A stretch of DNA of 64,000 nucleotides, taken from assembly GCF_008831285.2 (NCBI RefSeq), contig NC_045138.2:9982001-10046000 (forward strand). The letters are read 5' to 3'. The position numbers and the translations under genes are program-made. Positions 63,779 through 64,000 of the stretch are shown piece by piece; position 1 is the stretch's first letter; every line of letters begins with the position of its first letter. Source of the DNA: Nymphaea colorata. Its lineage: Eukaryota. The notes beneath the pieces are model-generated. The model was not told the origin of the DNA. It searched no databases and saw nothing but the letters and a program-made list of their open reading frames with translations.

Positions 63779-64000
63779 GTGCACATAGAACACCTTATCT
63801 TTTACATCCATACACATGTATATACATATCATACACAGATATATGACATGCATAACATAATAAATGCATAAATAATTAAATACATGTGCAGATATGTGCA
63901 TATCTATGCGTAGAAAATACAAATAAATTTGACTCCAAACAAATAAAAGCGCATACTGAATTACAGAAACCACAACTCAATGAGTCATAAAAAGCAAATG

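Overview
Eukaryotic (flowering-plant) nuclear DNA holding two convergent housekeeping genes whose introns are swollen by nested transposons. On the + strand is a complete 11-exon BIG1-clade ARF guanine-nucleotide exchange factor (Sec7 domain; 8930-32104; 1693 aa after manual splicing) with a 16.4-kb first intron. On the - strand are the last five exons of an organellar glutamyl-tRNA synthetase (35582-37926), preceded by an intron that appears to be >26 kb and runs off the window. The introns contain four full-length but defective Ty1/Copia elements with paired LTRs, PBS, PPT and 5-bp TSDs, a truncated Copia, an old decayed Copia, a 2.9-kb Gypsy-type solo LTR (a related LTR lies at the window start), and two hAT families (eight copies, two with transposase remnants). 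I found no clearly new gene system. The most interesting signals are an insertion hotspot of about 310 bp hit four times, a conserved protease-spanning intron giving Gag-only mRNA in all four full-length Copia elements, covarying hairpins in the Copia leader and LTR, a templated-filler repair scar at a hAT end, and hAT elements with shared ends but unrelated cores. All coordinates were read by hand and may be off by a few bases.
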